Source: Anaerolineae bacterium
GTDB lineage: Bacteria; Chloroflexota; Anaerolineae; S140-20
Assembly (NCBI GenBank): GCA_027021705.1
Contig: JALUTT010000040.1
Location: forward strand, 1 to 58,389
DNA: 58,389 nucleotides
Reading direction: 5' to 3'
Within the stretch, counting starts at the first letter, position 1. The number at the start of each line of letters is the position of its first letter. Of the stretch, positions 39,700 through 48,368 are shown one piece after another. A program made the position numbers and the translations under genes. The notes beneath the pieces are model-generated. The model did not search any database and was not told where the DNA came from. It saw only the letters and a list, made by a program, of their open reading frames with translations.

Positions 39700-39880
39700 T
39701 GGGCTGTCTCCTTGCTGAAGATGACGCTCAGCCGGTCGAGAGGGGGTGGGCCGCCAGTGTCAAGGAGGCAAGACCCACTATCAGCACATCCCTGTCTAAT
39801 AATCACGTCTAAACCCCACGATAAAACAGACCTCACAGCCCTGCGCCGGAACGCAGGCCCTATGCAGGCCCACACCATCC

Positions 39881-39935
39881 ACCAATAGCACACCTTCGTT
39901 AGGGTTCCGCCAGGAATTGGTTAGATTTTCGTTAG
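39881..39935 (-). promoter_or_regulatory. Four exactly 11-bp-spaced CTAA-like repeats upstream of a weak extended -10
   Basis: + strand TTAG 39899, CCAG 39910, TTAG 39921, TTAG 39932; TGCTATTGG on the minus strand. Confidence 0.55.
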
Positions 39936-40136
39936 GAAACCGCTACTCTGATTCGCGAAGCCACTGCCGTCGGGGTACGATGCAGGGGGGCAACGGGTGA
40001 CCGGCAGCCCGGCGAGGTTATTCTCAAGAGGAACACCCACCGCAACACGATCTCTGGGTTGCTTGAGGTCAAATGGTCAGGTACCAGACGAGGCTAAAGA
40101 AGGGGAGGTGGAAAGCTTTCCCTCCGCGCCGATTCT

Positions 40137-40165
40137 ATTGTAACCAAAAATAGTGCCCCAGTCAA
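40137..40165 (-). promoter_or_regulatory. Sigma70-type promoter facing the NTPase/kinase block
   Basis: TTGACT-17 bp-TACAAT. Confidence 0.7.
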
Positions 40166-40168
40166 GAA

Positions 40169-41482
40169 CTATTTGCCCTTCCTGATCGCCTCCCTCCCCC
40201 CCTCCTCCGCCAGCCGCAGGGCGATGTAGGCCGGCCGGTAGCTCCCGTCGGGTCGCAGGAGGCTGTAGGCCGACTCCGGCCGCGACGGCCCCCACAGGGG
40301 CGCGATGTTCAGGTTCCAGAGAAACATCGGCCCCACCCAGGGCCGCGCATCCCCCCACCGAAAGGCCCGCACGATGTAGGCCGCCTGTTCCTCCTCCGTC
40401 ACCTCCCGGGCATACTCCCACCCCGTCACGTCCACCAGCCCTAACCCTTCCACCGAAGGCCAGCCGAACTCCGTCACCCACAGGGGCAGGTCGCCGGCCC
40501 CGGCCGCCACCAACAGCGCCCGATAGTCCTCCAGCGTGTCCCGGAAGAAGAAGCTGGGATGATCGTTGTGGCTGGAGGAGACCTGCTGCGCATCCCGCCA
40601 GCTCGCCTCCGGCGGATTGGCAAAGCCGTAGGGATGCACCCCGATGCCGTCCACCCACCGGGCCACCCCGGCCGCCAGCATCCCCCGCAGGTAGACCCGA
40701 TCGTCCACCGCCGTCACCCCATCGTTGATCCCCGTCACCGCCGGCGCCCCGCTGATCACCAGCGCGTCGGGGTCGGCAGCCCGGATCGCCTCCGACCCCG
40801 CCTGCACCAGCGCCACGAAGAGGGCCGGATCCAAGGGCTCCCCCCGCCACTCCCGGCGCAGGTTGGGCTCGTTCCACAGCTCGTAGGCCGCCACCCGCCC
40901 CCGATACCGCGCCGCCAGGAGCCCCATAAAGCGCCCGAACTCCGCCGGATCGTGGGGCGGGCCGTACTCCACCGGGTCCGTCCGCATCCAGGCCGGCGCG
41001 TGGTTCACCCCCAGCAGGAGCTTGAAGCCGTACCCGTTCACCTTGTCCACAATCCGGTCCAGCTCCGCCCAGTCGTACTGGCCCGGCGCGTGCTCGATGT
41101 TCGTCCACTCCACCTGCTGCTTGATCCAGCCCACGCCCGTGCCCCGTGCCCAGGTCAGCACCTGATCCACATCCAGGCCGAAGAGGTGCACCTGGAGCCC
41201 CCAATCGGGCTTGGGCACCGGGGGCGGCAGCGGCGTGGGAGAAGGAGCCCCTTGGGGAGGGCGGACGGGCTCCGTCGCCGGCGGGGCAGGAGAACGGGCC
41301 GGCGGAACCGTCGCCGTCGCCTGCTCCGAGGCCACGAAGGGGAAGAAGAGGCGGGGGGTTCCCGCCGGCTGCTCCACCGAAGGCGACGGCGAAGGCGGTA
41401 GGGGTGAGGGCAATGGCCGGGGCCGGCAGCCGCTCAACAGCAGCGCCACCACCAGCCCGAGAAGGCGCTTTCTCGATGACAT
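40169..41482 (-). CDS. Lipoprotein glycoside hydrolase (GH-A clan, GH5/GH39-like)
   Basis: Lipobox LLLSGC; YELWNEPN, GVHPYG, WVTEFGW motifs. Confidence 0.88.
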   Translation of the reverse strand: MSSRKRLLGLVVALLLSGCRPRPLPSPLPPSPSPSVEQPAGTPRLFFPFVASEQATATVPPARSPAPPATEPVRPPQGAPSPTPLPPPVPKPDWGLQVHLFGLDVDQVLTWARGTGVGWIKQQVEWTNIEHAPGQYDWAELDRIVDKVNGYGFKLLLGVNHAPAWMRTDPVEYGPPHDPAEFGRFMGLLAARYRGRVAAYELWNEPNLRREWRGEPLDPALFVALVQAGSEAIRAADPDALVISGAPAVTGINDGVTAVDDRVYLRGMLAAGVARWVDGIGVHPYGFANPPEASWRDAQQVSSSHNDHPSFFFRDTLEDYRALLVAAGAGDLPLWVTEFGWPSVEGLGLVDVTGWEYAREVTEEEQAAYIVRAFRWGDARPWVGPMFLWNLNIAPLWGPSRPESAYSLLRPDGSYRPAYIALRLAEEGGREAIRKGK

Positions 41483-41820
41483 CTGGTCACTTGGTTGAGT
41501 GGTCATTTGGTCGGGTGGTCGCTTGGTCGCTTGGTCACTTGGTCGCTTGGTCACGTGGTCAAGCAGTCGTTTGGTCAGGTGGTCAGATGAAGTCCTCGGT
41601 CCTCAGTCCTCAGTCCTCAGTCCGCCGCTGTACCGCCAGGCCGCTATGCCGCTAGGTCGCTAGGTCGCTTGGCCAGGTGGTCAGATGAAGTCCTCGGTCC
41701 TCAGTCCTCAGTCCTCAGTCTGCCGCTAAGCCGCCGGGCCACTAGGCCGCTAGGCCGCTAAATCGGCGGTCTGCGGTCGGCCGTCTGCGGTCGGCCATCG
41801 GCCATCGGCCATCGGCCGTC
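41483..41820 (-). repeat. Mosaic 7/8-mer tandem-repeat tract in the leader of the GH gene
   Basis: Sense-strand blocks (GGCCGAT)n, (TAGCGGCC)n, (GACTGAG)n, (GACCAAGC)n; 47-bp exact duplication 41576-41622 / 41674-41720. Confidence 0.92.
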
Positions 41821-41835
41821 GCCCCCCTACCGGCG

Positions 41836-41921
41836 ATTGTACCCCAAAAGGCCCCCCCGTCAAACACGAAGGGAAAACAGGCCCGCAAGGCTTTGCACTT
41901 TCCCGGATGCTGGAGTACAAT
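41836..41921. promoter_or_regulatory. Divergent sigma70-type promoters
   Basis: Minus strand TTGACG-16-TACAAT (41863-41836); plus strand TTGCAC-17-TACAAT (41893-41921). Confidence 0.7.
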
Positions 41922-41954
41922 TCCAGAATGAGCTACCCGACCCGTTCCCAGGGA

Positions 41955-42049
41955 CCCTCCCGCAGGTTCCCTCCACGGCCTGAAGCGTGTCATAGGCAAC
42001 CTCCGATAAGCCATCGCTGTTGCCGGGTACCACGTGAGCTGCGGGAGGG
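41955..42049. repeat. 95-bp TIR element, copy 5 (subfamily B, inverted)
   Basis: CCCTCCCGCAGGT...AGCTGCGGGAGGG (1 mismatch); reverse complement aligns with copies 2 and 4. Confidence 0.9.
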
Positions 42050-42113
42050 TGACAACGGTCAGGTAGCCGGATTCCGGGAGTGACACGCAGAGAATGCAGG
42101 ACGCCGGAGACCG

Positions 42114-43259
42114 ATGCGCTTCTACCTGGACCTTCCGCTCCTCCTGGGCTTTCTCTTCCTGGGCATCACCACCAGTCTGGGTATGCTCCAGTTCGTCGCC
42201 GCCCGGAGGGGGTATCTGGGCCTCTCCCTCTTCGTCCACCCCTCGGCCGGCAGGCGCGGGATGTGGACGGGGATGGGGATCATCGTCGGGGGGGTGCTCC
42301 TCTACCGCTTCTTCGCGCCGGAGATCTTCACGCCGGGGCCGGCCGGCACCGAGGTGGCCGAACTCTTCGCCCTCTGCGCCCTGATCGCCCTGGCCATCAC
42401 CCTGACCGGTGCGTCCCTCCGCTGGGAAGCCCAGGGCGACGAAACGGGCTCCGACCGCCCAGGCCCCTCCGGCCAGCCCGTCCGGGCCGGCGCGCTGCAG
42501 GGTCTCTTCTACCCGGCCCGGCCCCAGGAGCAGAGGACGACGGAACCTGTGCCCGTCATCTGCCTGCTGCCCGACCCGGGAGGGTACGTGCGGGCCGACC
42601 ACCGCCTGGTCGAGCGGCTCACCGGCGCCGGCTTCGCCGTCCTCCGGATCGGCACGGCAGAGGGGCCGGAACTGGACCGCCTGACCCTGCTGGGATGCGT
42701 CTCCACGGCCCTGGAGTACGTCAGCCGGGCCGCCGGGCGTGGCGACCCGCTGGACCCCACGCGGGTGGGCCTGCTGGGGCTGGGGCTGGGGGGCGACGTC
42801 GTGCTGAGGGCCGCCGTCAAGGAGGCCGCGGCCGCCGCCGTCCTGGCCGTCGCTCCCCGCCTGGCAGAGGAAGAGGCGATGGGATTGGAATTGCTGCGGG
42901 CCTTCACCTACCGTCAGGCCTGGCGATGGCGACGCCGCTGGAAACGGGAGCGGGAGATCCTGCAGCGGCTCAATGCGGCCACCGCCCTGACCGAACTGGA
43001 CTCCCGGCCCGCCGCCGTCCTCTACGCCGCCAACGCGCCCTTCCTGGCGACAGAGCACCTGCCCGCCGACCGTTCCATCGCCGTCCCAGGGGCCGACCAC
43101 CGCCGCTTTCTGAGGGATGAGGCGACCTTGGACGCCATAACCGCCTGGTTCCGGCAACCCAAGCGACCAAGGGGCAAGGGGCAGGGGGCAAGGGGCAAGG
43201 GGCAAACGACCGCGGACGGCCGACCGCCGACCGCCGACAGACTGAGGACTGAGGACTGA
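42114..43259 (+). CDS. Membrane protein (3 TM) with degenerate alpha/beta-hydrolase-like domain
   Basis: N-terminal TMs; DPTRVGLLGLGLGG nucleophile-elbow-like motif lacking Ser; VPGADH; tail encoded by tandem repeats. Confidence 0.7.
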   Translation: MRFYLDLPLLLGFLFLGITTSLGMLQFVAARRGYLGLSLFVHPSAGRRGMWTGMGIIVGGVLLYRFFAPEIFTPGPAGTEVAELFALCALIALAITLTGASLRWEAQGDETGSDRPGPSGQPVRAGALQGLFYPARPQEQRTTEPVPVICLLPDPGGYVRADHRLVERLTGAGFAVLRIGTAEGPELDRLTLLGCVSTALEYVSRAAGRGDPLDPTRVGLLGLGLGGDVVLRAAVKEAAAAAVLAVAPRLAEEEAMGLELLRAFTYRQAWRWRRRWKREREILQRLNAATALTELDSRPAAVLYAANAPFLATEHLPADRSIAVPGADHRRFLRDEATLDAITAWFRQPKRPRGKGQGARGKGQTTADGRPPTADRLRTED

Positions 43260-43373
43260 GGACTTCATCTGACCACCCGACCAAGCGACCAAGCGACCAA
43301 GTGACCAAGCGACCAAGCAACCAAGCGACCACCTGACCGAGGACTGCGGACTGAGGACTGCGGACTGAGGACT
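43157..43373 (+). repeat. Mosaic 7/8-mer tandem-repeat tract
   Basis: (AAGGGGC)n, (GACCGCC)n, (GACTGAG)n, GACTTCATCTGACCACC junction, (GACCAAGC)n; shares modules with 41483-41820 in the opposite orientation. Confidence 0.92.
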
Positions 43374-43374
43374 A

Positions 43375-43950
43375 ATGGATCTTTGGCTCTTCCGGTTGAT
43401 CAACGGCCCGGCCGGCCACACACCGCTCCTGGACCAGTTGATGCTGCTCATCGTCAGCGACTACGTGGGCACCACGCTGCAGGCGCTGGGCCTGCTCGGC
43501 TTCTGGTTCGAGGGAGCGGACCCGGAGACCCGTTGGGCCAACCAGCGGGCCGTCCTGCGGGCCATCGGCGCGCTGCTCCTGTCGGGGCTGATCGTCGCCC
43601 TCTCCAACCTGATCTACTTCCGGCCTCGGCCCTTCACCAACCACGAAGTCAACATGCTCTTCTACTATCCCAGCGACTCCTCCTTCCCCAGCAATTCGGC
43701 GGCCGCTGTCTTCAGCCTGGCCACCGCCATCTGGCTCCAGGACCGGCGCTGGGGTGGAGTGCTGTTGGGGCTGGCCGCCTGGTTCGCCCTGGCCCGCGTT
43801 TACGTCGGCGTCCACTACCCCTCCGACGTCCTGGCCGGCGCCGCCCTGGGCGCCGGCGCCGCCTGGCTCCTGACCCGCAAAGTCCGCCATCTCACCGCCC
43901 TTTTCGACCGGGCCATCACCCTGGCCCGCCGGCTCAACCTGGGCGGATGA
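43375..43950 (+). CDS. PAP2 family phosphatase (undecaprenyl-diphosphatase, BcrC-like)
   Basis: RPRPF, SFPS, ARVYVGVHYPSDVLAG. Confidence 0.92.
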   Translation: MDLWLFRLINGPAGHTPLLDQLMLLIVSDYVGTTLQALGLLGFWFEGADPETRWANQRAVLRAIGALLLSGLIVALSNLIYFRPRPFTNHEVNMLFYYPSDSSFPSNSAAAVFSLATAIWLQDRRWGGVLLGLAAWFALARVYVGVHYPSDVLAGAALGAGAAWLLTRKVRHLTALFDRAITLARRLNLGG

Positions 43951-43984
43951 AATCCCCAATCCCACACAGAGGAGGTCAACCGCG

Positions 43985-45316
43985 ATGAACCCCAAACGAA
44001 CCGTCCCCGGCCCTCGAGCCCAAGCTTATGTCGCCCGCGATGCTGCGGCCATCTCCCCCTCCTACACCCGGAGCTATCCCTTTGTCATGGAACGCGGGCA
44101 GGGGGCTGAGGTCTGGGACGTAGATGGCAACCGCTACATTGATTTCACCGCCGGCATCGCCGTCTGCTCCACCGGCCACGCCCACCCCCAGGTCGTTCAA
44201 GCCATCAAGGAACAGGCCGAAAAGTTCCTCCATATGTCGGGCACCGACTTCTACTATCCGGTGCAGATCGAGTTGGCCGAGAAGCTCAACGAGATCGTCC
44301 CCATCGCGGAGGATACTCAGGTCTTCTTTACCAACTCGGGCACCGAGAGCGTGGAAGCGGCCATCAAGCTGGCCCGCTACGTCACCGGCCGGCCCCGCTT
44401 CATCGCCTTCATCGGGGCCTTCCACGGGCGGACCCTGGGCTCCCTGGCCTTCACCGCCAGCAAGTACGTCCAACGCCAAGGCTTCTTCCCCATGATGCCC
44501 GGCGTCACCCACGTTCCCTACCCCGACCCCTACCGCCCCGTCCTGGTGCACCGGGGGGACTACGGCGAGGCCGTCGTCCGCTACATCGAAGAGGTCATCC
44601 TCACCACCGTCGCCCCGCCCGACGAGGTGGCCGCCGTGCTGGTCGAGCCCATCCAGGGAGAAGGCGGCTACATCATCCCACCCCCCGGCTTCTTCCCCGC
44701 CCTGCGGGACCTGTGCGACCGCCACGGCATCTTGCTCATTGACGACGAAGTTCAGGCCGGGATGGGGCGCACCGGCCGATGGTTCGCCATCGAACATTGG
44801 GGCGTGGAGCCCGACATCCTCTGCATCGCCAAGGGGATCGCCTCGGGGATGCCCCTGGGGGCGATGGTGGCCCGCAAGCGGCTGATGACCTGGCCGCCCG
44901 GTGCCCACGGCAACACCTTCGGCGGCAATCCCGTCTCCTGTGCCGCCGCCCTGGCCACCATCCGGCTCATCGAGAACGGCTACATGGAAAATGCAGCCCG
45001 AATGGGCCAGCTCTTCCTCGACCTCCTGGCCGAGATCGCCCCCCGCCACCCCACCATCGGCGATGTGCGGGGCAAGGGGTTGATGGTCGGCGTCGAACTG
45101 GTCCAGGACCGGGAGACGAAGGAGCCCGCCCGGGCGCTGCGGGACCAGGTCGTCCAGGAAGCCTTCCGGCGCGGCCTCCTCATCCTGGGCGCGGGCAAGA
45201 GCGTTGTCCGCTTCATGCCCCCCCTCAACATCGGTCGGGACCTGGTGGAGGAGGGGTTGATGATCTTCGAGGAAGCGCTGACCGCAGCGGAACGGCAGGC
45301 CGGCCTGCACGGCTAG
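43985..45316 (+). CDS. Class III PLP aminotransferase (acetylornithine/4-aminobutyrate-like)
   Basis: NSGTE, AFHGRT, EPIQGEGG, DEVQAGMGRTG, AKGIASG. Confidence 0.93.
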   Translation: MNPKRTVPGPRAQAYVARDAAAISPSYTRSYPFVMERGQGAEVWDVDGNRYIDFTAGIAVCSTGHAHPQVVQAIKEQAEKFLHMSGTDFYYPVQIELAEKLNEIVPIAEDTQVFFTNSGTESVEAAIKLARYVTGRPRFIAFIGAFHGRTLGSLAFTASKYVQRQGFFPMMPGVTHVPYPDPYRPVLVHRGDYGEAVVRYIEEVILTTVAPPDEVAAVLVEPIQGEGGYIIPPPGFFPALRDLCDRHGILLIDDEVQAGMGRTGRWFAIEHWGVEPDILCIAKGIASGMPLGAMVARKRLMTWPPGAHGNTFGGNPVSCAAALATIRLIENGYMENAARMGQLFLDLLAEIAPRHPTIGDVRGKGLMVGVELVQDRETKEPARALRDQVVQEAFRRGLLILGAGKSVVRFMPPLNIGRDLVEEGLMIFEEALTAAERQAGLHG

Positions 45317-45349
45317 CAGCTTCGCTCCCAACGCCTCGACGGAGCTCCG

Positions 45350-46981
45350 ATGCTCACCGACTACCGCGTTCGCCAACGAGACTACCTGCTCCAGATCAGC
45401 CGGGCCCTCACCTCGCGGCTGGACCTGACCGAGGTGCTGCGGCTGATCCTGGAATCGGCGGCCGAGATGCTCTCCGGCCAAGCCGGCCTCATCGTCCTGT
45501 GGGATCCGGAGAAGGAGGACTTCCGGGTGCGGGCCAGCTACGGCCTGCCTCCCAACGCCCTCCCCCTCTTCCGCCCCCTCTGGGAGGACCTACCCCGCCA
45601 GGCCGACCTCCTACGCTGGCCCGTTCCGCACCTGGACCAGAAACTGACTCTCGTCAGCACCCAGGGAGGTGTCCTCCTGCGCCGGGTGATCGGCTTGCCG
45701 ATGGTCGTGGGGCGGGACGTGATGGGCGCCATCTACGTCTTCCGGGCACGGGGGATCCGCTTCTCCTCGGACGACCTGCAGGTGCTCTCCAGCTTCGCCG
45801 ACCAGGCCGCCATCGCCGTCCACAACGCTCAGCTCTACGAGGCGGTGAGCCGGGAGAAGCAGCGGCTGGACGCCGTCCTGGAGTACAGCGCCGACGGTGT
45901 GATGCTCCTGGACCCGGCCCACCGCATCACCATCTTCAACCGGGCGCTGGCCCGTCTGACCGGTTGGCCGGCCGAGGAGGCCATCGGGCGGGAGCACGAT
46001 CAGGTGATCGTCTGGGCCCGTCTGGAGACGGAGATGGACCTGACCCGGGCAACGGCCGGCGGCTGGCCCCTGCGAGCCTGGCCCCCCGGCCGGGAGCGGG
46101 ACCTGAGCCTCTACGTCGAGGGCGACCTGCGCCGCCGGGATGGGACGACGGTCAGCGTGGGCATCACCTACGCCCCCCTCTTCGACGAGGACGACCACCT
46201 GATCAACATCATCGCCAACGTGCGGGACATCACCCGCTTCCGTGAGGCCGACGAACTGAAGGCGACCTTCGTCTCCGTCGTCTCCCACGAGCTGAAGACC
46301 CCCGTCTCGCTGATCAAAGGCTACGCCGAGACACTGCTGCGCGAGGATGCCCGGTGGGATGCGGAGACGGTCCGGGAGAGCCTCACCGTCATCGCCGAGG
46401 AGGCCGACCGGCTCAACGAGCTGATTGACAACCTGCTGGATGCCTCCCGGCTGGAGGCCGGTGCTTTGGACCTCACCATCGGCGAGGTGGACCTGGTGGC
46501 CCTGGCCGAGCGGATGGTGGCCCGCTTCCGCACCCAGACCGACAAACACCTGCTGGTGACCGACTTCCCCCCCCACTTCCCGCTGGTGGAGGCCGATGAA
46601 CGGCGCATCGAACAGGTGCTGGCCAACCTGCTGGCCAACGCCATCAAGTACTCCCCCCAGGGCGGGCGGGTCCAGATCAGCGGGCGGGTCCTGCCGGACC
46701 AGGTGATCATCACCGTGAGCGACGAGGGGATCGGCATCCCTCGGGAGGAACAGGCCCGCATCTTCGACCGCTTCTACCGGGTAGACGACCGGCTCAGCCG
46801 GCGGACACCGGGGACCGGCCTGGGGCTCTACCTGACCAAGGCCGTCATCGAGGCCCACGGCGGGCGCATCTGGGTGGAAAGCGAACCCGGCCAAGGAGCC
46901 GCCTTCAGCTTCAGCCTCCCCCTATCCGGGGACAAGGGACAAGCCGCAAGCGGCAACGGATACGCAAGACGCAACACGTAA
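45350..46981 (+). CDS. GAF-PAS sensor histidine kinase
   Basis: SHELKTP H-box, NLLANAIKYS, DEGIGI, GTGLGL. Confidence 0.94.
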   Translation: MLTDYRVRQRDYLLQISRALTSRLDLTEVLRLILESAAEMLSGQAGLIVLWDPEKEDFRVRASYGLPPNALPLFRPLWEDLPRQADLLRWPVPHLDQKLTLVSTQGGVLLRRVIGLPMVVGRDVMGAIYVFRARGIRFSSDDLQVLSSFADQAAIAVHNAQLYEAVSREKQRLDAVLEYSADGVMLLDPAHRITIFNRALARLTGWPAEEAIGREHDQVIVWARLETEMDLTRATAGGWPLRAWPPGRERDLSLYVEGDLRRRDGTTVSVGITYAPLFDEDDHLINIIANVRDITRFREADELKATFVSVVSHELKTPVSLIKGYAETLLREDARWDAETVRESLTVIAEEADRLNELIDNLLDASRLEAGALDLTIGEVDLVALAERMVARFRTQTDKHLLVTDFPPHFPLVEADERRIEQVLANLLANAIKYSPQGGRVQISGRVLPDQVIITVSDEGIGIPREEQARIFDRFYRVDDRLSRRTPGTGLGLYLTKAVIEAHGGRIWVESEPGQGAAFSFSLPLSGDKGQAASGNGYARRNT

Positions 46982-47011
46982 TCGTACCACCAGGCAAGCA
47001 AGGAAGGAGAT

Positions 47012-48340
47012 ATGACCCGATTGGCACAAGTACAACTCACCTGCCCTAACTGCCACCGCACTTTCGCCACCACCGTCGAGCAGATCCTGGACCAATCCCG
47101 AGACCCCACCGCCAAAGCGCGGCTGCTGAGCGGTCAGCTCAACTTCGTCGTCTGCCCCGCCTGCGGCTTCCAGGGAGCGCTCAACATCCCTCTCCTCTAC
47201 CACGACCCGGAGAAGGAACTGGCGCTGATCTTCCTGCCGATGGAGATGGGGACCAGCGACCTGGAGCGCCAGCAGATGATCGGCAATCTGACCAACCGGC
47301 TGATGAGCCAGATTCCCCCGGAGCAACGCAAAGGCTACCTCCTCCAGCCCAAGACCTTCTTCTCGATGGAAAGCCTGGTCAAAGAGGTGCTGGCCGCTGA
47401 CGGGATCACCCAGGAGATGCTGGAGGCCCAGCAGAAGAAGGTCGAGCTGATCGAAACCCTCCGCCAACAGGCCAACGACCCGCTGGCCCTGGCGGCAACC
47501 ATCGGGGAACACCAGGACCTGCTGGATGAGGAGTTCTTCTACCTCCTGGCAATGGCCATTGAGAGCTACGAGGCTCAGGGGCACCCCACCGAGGACCTGA
47601 AAAAGGTACAGGCCAAGCTGCTGGAGACGACGCCGACCGGCCAACGGCTCGAAGCCCGCCGTGATGTGATGGAGACCTTTCTCAAGAATCCAACGCGGGA
47701 GTCGTTGCTGGAGGGGTTGCTGAGCACCGAGGACGAGGCAACCCGGGAGATGCTCATCGCTGCGGGGCGACCCTTGCTGGACTACTCCTTCTTCCAGGCC
47801 CTGACCCACCGCATCGAGAGCAGCGAGGACGAGGCGGAACGGGAGCGATTGCTGGCCCTGCGCAAACAGGTTATGGAGCTTCGAGATCGGGTGGATGCCC
47901 GGGCCCAGGCCGCGCTCAACGCCAAGGCCCGTTTCCTCCAGGAGCTGCTGAACAGCCCCGACCCCATCGCCCTGGCCCGCCAGCGACTTCACGAAGTGGA
48001 CGATACCTTCTTCAGCGTCCTGACCCTCAACATCCAGCGGGCTCAGGCCGCCGGTGACCGGCGGGTGGTGGAGCACCTCACCTGGCTGGGCAACGCCCTG
48101 CTTGGCCTGCTGGAGGAGAGCGCCCCCCCAGAGATCCGGCTGATCAACCGCCTGATGGAAGCCCAGGAATCCGAGTGGGATGCCATTCTGGAGCGCGAGG
48201 CCGGGCTGGTGAACGAGGAATTGGCGGCCCTAGCCGACCGTCTGGCCGAGGGGATGGAGGAGACCAACAATGCGGTGGCCGAACGGCTCCACGCCATCGC
48301 CACGCGGGTGCGCAGCCGCGCTCAGGCCCTGAGCCGGTAG
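47012..48340 (+). CDS. CpXC domain-containing protein
   Basis: CPNC..CPACG, LLYHDPEKEL, followed by a helical C-terminal region. Confidence 0.85.
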   Translation: MTRLAQVQLTCPNCHRTFATTVEQILDQSRDPTAKARLLSGQLNFVVCPACGFQGALNIPLLYHDPEKELALIFLPMEMGTSDLERQQMIGNLTNRLMSQIPPEQRKGYLLQPKTFFSMESLVKEVLAADGITQEMLEAQQKKVELIETLRQQANDPLALAATIGEHQDLLDEEFFYLLAMAIESYEAQGHPTEDLKKVQAKLLETTPTGQRLEARRDVMETFLKNPTRESLLEGLLSTEDEATREMLIAAGRPLLDYSFFQALTHRIESSEDEAERERLLALRKQVMELRDRVDARAQAALNAKARFLQELLNSPDPIALARQRLHEVDDTFFSVLTLNIQRAQAAGDRRVVEHLTWLGNALLGLLEESAPPEIRLINRLMEAQESEWDAILEREAGLVNEELAALADRLAEGMEETNNAVAERLHAIATRVRSRAQALSR

Positions 48341-48368
48341 ACCCTACATCGTCGGGACGCCGCCCTTC

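Noticed and set aside
28300..40170. STAND block as a prophage, ICE or transposon
   Set aside because: I found no integrase, transposase, tRNA target or flanking direct repeats by eye. Only the composition shift supports acquisition.
41483..43373. Repeat tracts as a CRISPR array
   Set aside because: Units are 7-8 bp in tandem with no unique spacers, and there are no cas genes.
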